A stretch of 54,636 nucleotides of DNA, counting the filler, from Dirinaria sp. TL-2023a (Eukaryota), in the NCBI GenBank assembly GCA_051941275.1. It is 2 parts of 2 records of this genome, joined end to end, with 100 filler letters (N's around TTAATTAATTAA, not from the genome) between each part and the next. Parts side by side here need not be neighbours in the genome. Positions count along the whole stretch, not along the records: positions 27,443 to 54,636 come from JAVEBF010000146.1; 1 more part is not named here. One strand, 5' to 3'. Below are positions 48,321 to 54,636 of the stretch, piece after piece; positions within the stretch are counted from its first letter, which is position 1, and every line of letters begins with the position of its first letter. The notes below the pieces were generated by a model. The model did no database searches, was not told where the DNA came from, and worked only from the letters and a program-made list of their open reading frames with translations. A program made the translations under genes and the position numbers.

Positions 48321-49600
48321 ACGAGAATCTCGGGCTCATTGCTTTATCCATTCATGCTTACCGAAGGCTTCCGGCTGTTTCAAGCCTTATTTAACAGGGT
48401 TCAAAAGAGTTTCAGCTCTCGTGCAAGATCTGGAAAGTAGCTACATGTTGTGAGAGCACCGACGCATTGAGCTGAATTCCACCAAGACTACAGTGCTCGG
48501 ACATTCTCTTGATGGAGAGCGGTAGCTAGTATCGCCAGAGCATTCGGAAGCGATGCTCTCAAGCGTCCAGCCTTCTTCAACCCACAGTGATGCGAAGTGA
48601 GCATCACAGGAGCCAGAACTTCGGCTATCCTATGCCCCGGTAGAGTACCGCCAAACATACCAGCAACTCACGAAAGTACGTATCAACGACATGACGGACT
48701 AGCATGCCAGTGAAGGCCCATCGTCAAACAGACAAAGCGTTAAAGTTGCATCATTACCACAATGAGAGGGATCATGAACTATGAAGCTCAGATGAATCAA
48801 TGCTCTAGCAGTCAAACCAAGAAACGAGCACGTATCCTTGTCAGAACATCGGATACTATTGGAAAATTCAGTCGAATACGTTTTGCCTGCATTTGCAATA
48901 CATGACTGCTCGAAATACTTGTCAGCATTGTTGTCAATCTGATGTTCGTCAATCGGTCCATGAAGTGGAGAAATCGTCAATACCTCAATAACGCTCTACA
49001 ACTGAACTATTCTCGAAAAATCACTTACGACTTCACTTACGACCGACATTGCTACTAAGAAACAAGAATATCAAATCAACGCTTCCAGTCAAATAGAATT
49101 TCTTGCCCTCGTATTGAGCACATCCTTTAAATGAATGTTTTTCTTCATGTCGAGGTGGTTTAAAGCCCACAACTCCAATCGACACATGGATGAGACCAAC
49201 ATGCACTTGATCGCTTCTACTTACTGCGTCTGGGATGCGTATCATTGACCTCACACCTCTTCCACTGTCGATCTTAAGCAGAAAATCTCCTGCGAACTAT
49301 TGAGCTTGTAAGTAGCCTTAAGTTACCCTTAGCCTATTTGCAAGACTTCAAAGCCCGTTCCATCTTTTTAGGGGATTGAGTAAGCTCTAGTCAAAATCTT
49401 GTCTAGCAGTTGCATTTGTTAGTCCATCATCAAGAAGTTCACTGCGAGCTTGCGAGTGATCTAATATACAGAGGTTAACGAAGCAGAGACCATTTGTGAA
49501 TCAAAGCTAAAGACATCGTTCTAGGGAAGGAGCCGATCCTCAAGCGCAAAGCTTGTACTACAATTGGGCGAACGGTCCCAAGGCCGGATAAGCTATCACT

Positions 49601-52174
49601 ATGTTCCAGAACGAAGGCAGCAGCTTGCCACTGGTGATTGAACTATCAGACGAAGAAGACACAGTGAAGAAAAATCAAGTCCGCACACCGCCCTTAGTGA
49701 TCGAATTATCTGACGATGAAGACACAACCAAGAATCATAAGTTGCATAGCCAAGTTGGGAAGCACAGAATCGGCCTTGACGAGGTGCCTAAGAACTTTGG
49801 CTCTAGTCGAGGTCTGAAAAGGCCTACCAGTAAAGAATCTACCACTGCACCGAAATTGGCTGTTCTTAATTTTGACCAAGAGGGAAGGTTGGAAAAGGTC
49901 GATGCAGTGTCCATCAAATCGGAACCCACTCTTGGTGCTGCCTTGCCGGTGATGATGGTAGATAAGAACAGGACTGAGTCTATAGAATACCCGCGGCCAA
50001 ATGTTCAGAACGGGAAACCACAGAGCACCCTTGACAATTACCCAGCCTCTACTGCTTCCACCACCACGATCCTTGACAAATATGAAAGTGGACCCACCAC
50101 CAGCAATATGAATTCAATCAGTACGGGAGAGGCTTTGAACGTAGAAAGCGCTATAACGCAGCCACGAAATTTCGTCGGTACTCCGCAACAGCTTCAAAGT
50201 AGAAACAGCAGCGATGAACAAGCTGTCTCTGCAATTCAAGGGAACATTCTTGAGGAGACTCGAAGACAAAAAGTAAATTTTGACATGGTATCCGATCCAG
50301 CTCCAGCAATTACAACAGCCGAAAAAATAGCTCGAGGACCGTTGCCTTCCTTCCACACCATCAGTGCTGAGTCTATCCGGTTTAATAATGGCGATTTTCC
50401 CAGAGAGCAGCGTACCACCAGAAATGCCCAAGATGCCACACGTTCAATATGCTTAGGCAAGAGCTCGCTCCGTGAAAGATCTTGTCTTGAAGGGAGAGAT
50501 CTCGTCACCCAGCACTTGGCCCTTACAGAAGTTCCTAAACCTCCTTATAGAGCACCTGAAGCTTACATGGGCCCTATGCCCCATCAGCACCCAAGACATT
50601 CAGGAAAGCCTACTTCCCAGGAGATAATGCCAACATTCAAGGAAGCCGTAGCTCCTACACGCACGTCGCGTACGAGCCCAGACAAAGTGCCTGTGAAACT
50701 CATATCTACTCCTTCTGCTACTGCCGAGACGAGGACGGAAACATCACTGGCTTCTGAGGACCGAAGAGCGATTGATGAAGGAATCTTATCAGAAATGAAC
50801 CGACTACTACACGGCCAAAAGCGTATACTAGAAGCAGAAGAAGCCGAGCGAGCAATGAGAGCCGAACTGATTTATCGGAACAGAAGCCAGGGACTGAAGC
50901 ACCTAGATCATCATAGAACCCCGCGCATTCAATCGCCAGCCCCATCTTCACACTCAGATCTCTTCATTCGAAGTCCAACACCACCACCCGCAGGATTGAA
51001 GCGCAAAAGGAATCAGGCTGAAGTGATCGGTTTCTCCAAGTGTTCGAAGCCTGTTAGTGATAGCTCGCAAAAACGGCATCAGGAACCCCTAAAACTTGAC
51101 GACTTTTGGGGAAATACGAAAAGATTAGCATCTGTGACTGGAAGTACCAAAAGTAACCAAAATCCTTTAACACTGAAAGATGGCTACTTCGATCGTCATC
51201 AGGAGCGAATCAACGCTTTAAAAGCGCGAGCTGACCGAGAAGATCGTGCATATGAGCAAGGGTGCTATGACGGGCAAGAGGTAGACTTAAAACTGAATGA
51301 GGCTGGCATACTGAACACGACACAAACAAGCACTCGTCCTACCACAGGCGGGAAAGGCCTTTCTCAAGAAACGATGCAGAGGTGGAGAATGAACCAGGCC
51401 GCACAAGTTCTTCCTACACCAAGCACCTCTGACGCCGAGGATGAACGAGTTGATATGCCAAAACTGCTCTACGAATATCATGTGCAGAGGCTAGTAACGC
51501 TCGATGGAGGAAGAGAGTTTGATGGTTGTCGAACTTCTTTTGGACCATACTATACCATCGGAGAGGCTAATACGGTAGCAGCGCAGAAAGTGCGGCAGCA
51601 GGATCCAGAAAATGCAAGCGTGATCTTCAACAGCGGTGGTTGGTCATACAACTATGAGAAAGATCAGACTGGAACAGAGCAACATACTCTCCAATCTGCA
51701 GGCGGTAGCATTCAGACGTGGGTCAGCCGTAGCATTGCACCACCGAACGAAGGTATCGGGGTGCCTCTGAAGGCTTTCACGACTCCCGCTTGGCTCTATG
51801 TCGCGATGGTGTCATCCAGCACATCATCAATACCCTTGGAAGGTGACTCGATGACTGATTTAGCAGCCGTTGATCGTCGTTCCCGGATCTTGCCCCAGGA
51901 TTCCTCATCTGCGTCGATCATCAAAGCATGCACACTCCTCGACCTAGCCAACAGGGCAGCCGGGGAGAGGTGGGTTGAAATGCAGGCAGCCGACTTGCCG
52001 AAGGACAGCGTAGGCGATATCTTACGATCTGAAATGGAGATGAATCTGCGTCGAGAGCTGGAGGACATGGACGAGGAAAACGAGAGCTTCAATCGAACAT
52101 GCCGCGATGCAGGAACAGGCCTGGAGATCCATATCTGGGTCGACATGGTGGAGGTCGAAGGACCACGCAACTGA
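49601..52174 (+). CDS. Hypothetical 857-aa protein with tandem SIM-like motifs and a folded C-terminal domain
   Basis: Uninterrupted ORF with PLVIELSDEED and PLVIELSDDED, NLS-like LKRKR, and C-terminal YEYHVQR..GPYYTIGEAN..IWVDMVEVEGPRN. Confidence 0.85.
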   Translation: MFQNEGSSLPLVIELSDEEDTVKKNQVRTPPLVIELSDDEDTTKNHKLHSQVGKHRIGLDEVPKNFGSSRGLKRPTSKESTTAPKLAVLNFDQEGRLEKVDAVSIKSEPTLGAALPVMMVDKNRTESIEYPRPNVQNGKPQSTLDNYPASTASTTTILDKYESGPTTSNMNSISTGEALNVESAITQPRNFVGTPQQLQSRNSSDEQAVSAIQGNILEETRRQKVNFDMVSDPAPAITTAEKIARGPLPSFHTISAESIRFNNGDFPREQRTTRNAQDATRSICLGKSSLRERSCLEGRDLVTQHLALTEVPKPPYRAPEAYMGPMPHQHPRHSGKPTSQEIMPTFKEAVAPTRTSRTSPDKVPVKLISTPSATAETRTETSLASEDRRAIDEGILSEMNRLLHGQKRILEAEEAERAMRAELIYRNRSQGLKHLDHHRTPRIQSPAPSSHSDLFIRSPTPPPAGLKRKRNQAEVIGFSKCSKPVSDSSQKRHQEPLKLDDFWGNTKRLASVTGSTKSNQNPLTLKDGYFDRHQERINALKARADREDRAYEQGCYDGQEVDLKLNEAGILNTTQTSTRPTTGGKGLSQETMQRWRMNQAAQVLPTPSTSDAEDERVDMPKLLYEYHVQRLVTLDGGREFDGCRTSFGPYYTIGEANTVAAQKVRQQDPENASVIFNSGGWSYNYEKDQTGTEQHTLQSAGGSIQTWVSRSIAPPNEGIGVPLKAFTTPAWLYVAMVSSSTSSIPLEGDSMTDLAAVDRRSRILPQDSSSASIIKACTLLDLANRAAGERWVEMQAADLPKDSVGDILRSEMEMNLRRELEDMDEENESFNRTCRDAGTGLEIHIWVDMVEVEGPRN

Positions 52175-52441
52175 TCAAATAGTGGGTTTGCTCGGTTGCT
52201 GAGCTGCAGGCTATCTATCATAAGGCTGTCATCGTTATAGTGCATCTACATTGAGGCGAATAGCTTCTCTCACATGGTATTACTAGGTTGACGTCCATAG
52301 CATACCCTAGTCTGACCACTTTCAAATTATCACATATTCAGTCACATTCGCTACGTGTGAAGAAGGTAACATATCCAGTAATATTGATTTTGAGCACAAT
52401 GGATCTTTTTTTAGGGCATTCATCCTGGACGGAAACCACTG

Positions 52442-53773
52442 TTAGCACTGGAAAGCCACGCCCTCCTTTGTTGCCATATTCCTGCCTCCGCCGGCGAATC
52501 CGGTGCCCTCGCTGCTGATCTCCACCAGACCCGGCTTCAACGCCTCTTTGTCCTTCTTCTTCTCCTTCCTCTCCTTTGCCTTGCCCTCCTCCTCTCTCGG
52601 AGCAAGGTCCGTCTCGCAAACAAAACAAACCACGCTCCTCCCTGCAGCTGCATGTTTCTGATCAAGCGCATGCGGATCCGGCGGGGGTTGTTCCTTTGCT
52701 GACGCCGACATGAATTGGCCTGCGCAAGGCTTGCACAGCACATGGCCGCACGGAACGGTCAACACGGCTTTCAGCGTGTTATTGAGGACCTTGGTGCACG
52801 CGGGACAGATCAAAGCTGCTGCTGCTGCTGCTGGTGGGGGTGGTGCATTATCGCCGCCTTTGGAGCCCGATCTCGAGCTTTGAGAATCTTTGCTCCTGGT
52901 GAAGTTGACCGAAACCAGGGTTTTGAGGGAGAGCGGGTGGGGCTTGGTTTTTTCGGACGATGATGATGATGAGGCGGGACAGATGGGGTTGAGTTTTAGG
53001 GGTTTTGTCGTCGTCGACGATGGTGTGTGAGTGTTTGTCGAGGGAGTGAGCGACGGCACCCAGAAGGAGGGGAGAGTGGGTTTTGAGGCCTTTTTCGTAA
53101 AATGGGGGGGATTAGTATATCATAGTTGCCCCTCTCTACGCGTGTGGATAGGATCGATCGCAAATGGATAGAGAAAGAGACGTCACCCACCTTTTCTTCA
53201 TCCAGTGCTTTTCGAGCCTTGGCCCTCTCGTCCACGGCATTCTTCAGCATCTCCGCCTCATCCAGCTCAAAGTTCCGCTTTACGCCCCTCTGCCCCACCA
53301 CCTCCGCAGCACCGCCCCTGCCCTCTTTCTTCCACCCTTCCAATCCCATCATCGTGGCCTCGAAATCGCGGATCGCCCGCTCCCGCTCCTCGGCCGTCCT
53401 TTCCCTCCCCAGCTCCGCGTCTTCCTGTCTCCGCCGCTCATCGTCCTTCTCCAATCGTTTGATCTCTTTCCGTTGCGCGAGGAGGTTGCTGACGGCGCAT
53501 TCGCGGCAGAAGATGTCGCCGCCCGTGGAACATGCGACGGGATCGCGGGACGGTTGGAGACAGAGGCGGCAGGAGGCGAAGGGCAGGAAGGAGTCGCGCG
53601 TGAGGCGGGTGGCTTGGGAGCCCCAGGTGGATTTCAACTGGGAGCGTTCGTGGGAGGTGAAGAATGCGAGGGAGGTGTTTCGCTTGCCTGGATGATTGGG
53701 TTTAGTTCATATGTAGCCGCAGGTGCAATTGTGGGACTTGTTTTTTAAAGAGCGAGAGCTTACTGTGTGACAT
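52442..53773 (-). CDS. NOSIP-like RING/U-box protein (3 exons)
   Basis: [71 protein letters not shown]-terminal [22 protein letters not shown] and EGTGFAGGG. Confidence 0.9.
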
Positions 53774-54001
53774 TGGGAGTATCTTCAACTGCAATGTTTG
53801 TATAGAGAGAGATACTTCTTTAGTCTTTCATGTGGGGGTCAATATCACGATGCCAAGCTTTGATAAAATGCGGAATAGAAGCCGCGTCCAAGACATCGTG
53901 TACGAGTACCTGATGATCACTCCTACCATCTCCACCCCGGAGAGAGATCTCTAAAGATTCTATTCCATGGCTTCAAAAAAATAGCACTTCGAATTCATAG
54001 G

Positions 54002-54636
54002 ATGACTGATCCGCGCGACCCACCCAGTCTACCATGGCGGGCCAGCTCCTCCTTCGTCATAGGACTCTCAGGCGCCCTCGCAAGGGTTTTCTACATGGGC
54101 CTCAACAGCGTGGAAGTACATGGATTGGACCGATTTCTGAAGCTGCTGGACAGAAGGAAAGATCTTGATAGCCGGGAGCGCGGCCTGCTCACAGGTGAAT
54201 CTTATATAAACCCTAGCTGAGAAGTCCCATGCTAAAACAAATGACCTGCAGTATCGAATCACATCTGCGTGTACGTATGTAGATTATTCCCGCTCCTCAT
54301 ATATCCGTCCTCTTATCCTCCCCCTTTTCCTCACGCAAGCACTAACAAAGAGATTATACTATCAGTATTGACGATCCGTTGATGTGGGGTGTTCTCCCCT
54401 TCCAATACCACTTCAACCCAAGCAACCACCGCTGGGGCCTCGGGGCGCACGACATCTGCTTCAGAAACAAGTACGGATAATCCTCCATCCATTCACAGCA
54501 GACTATATGCCAAAAAAAAAAAAAAAGCTTACCTGTTTTTCCTAGATTCACATCCCTCTTCTTCACCCTAGGCCAAACCTTACCCACGCATCGCTACGCC
54601 CACTCTCCGCACGGGGGTCCCTTCCAACCCACCATC
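54002..54636 (+). CDS. TAZ1: Tafazzin (cardiolipin transacylase), 5' part; runs off the window
   Basis: PSLPWR.SS, VHGLDRFL.LLD.R, RGLLTVSNHIC..DDPLMWG (HxxxxD acyltransferase motif), RWGLGAHDICF.N and FFTLGQTLP.HR. Confidence 0.93.

Noticed and set aside
53126..53748. Long antisense ORFs over the NOSIP-like gene (similar ones over twinfilin, NNF1 and POB3)
   Set aside because: Shadow ORFs typical of GC-rich coding sequence on the opposite strand.

Overview
Eukaryotic, intron-rich filamentous-ascomycete DNA. It has short GT-AG introns with CTRAY branch points, and its secreted-protein types suggest a lichen-forming lineage (inference). The window is two contigs joined by an artificial 100-bp spacer (44 N + TTAATTAATTAA + 44 N, 27343-27442), so adjacency across it is unproven. 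The left contig is accessory-like: an NLR-like gene with a degenerate P-loop and two 21-nt micro-exons, a GNAT acetyltransferase, an APC amino-acid permease, NNF1, POB3, an FAD-monooxygenase pseudogene, a secreted NucA/NucB-like protein, an IZH/PAQR receptor, a membrane protein, and a P450 3' half cut by an LTR element. The right contig is mostly housekeeping: thymidylate synthase, several secreted proteins, an F-box-like protein, an R3H-associated protein, twinfilin, SFC1, an epoxide hydrolase, pinin, PHF5A/RDS3, a NOSIP-like protein and tafazzin. Most notable unexplained signals: (1) a dispersed family of putative Pol III non-coding units (about 2644-2804 and 25017-25154, possibly 31145-31345) sharing collinear motif blocks; (2) an LTR whose primer-binding position is an exact 11-nt complement of its own LTR (Tf1-type self-priming), followed by tandem repeats instead of gag; (3) heptad-sized symmetric micro-exons in the NLR-like gene; (4) secreted proteins with a PRTase-like motif or a mutated nuclease motif. 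All gene models were spliced by eye, and family assignments come from recognised motifs, not database searches.
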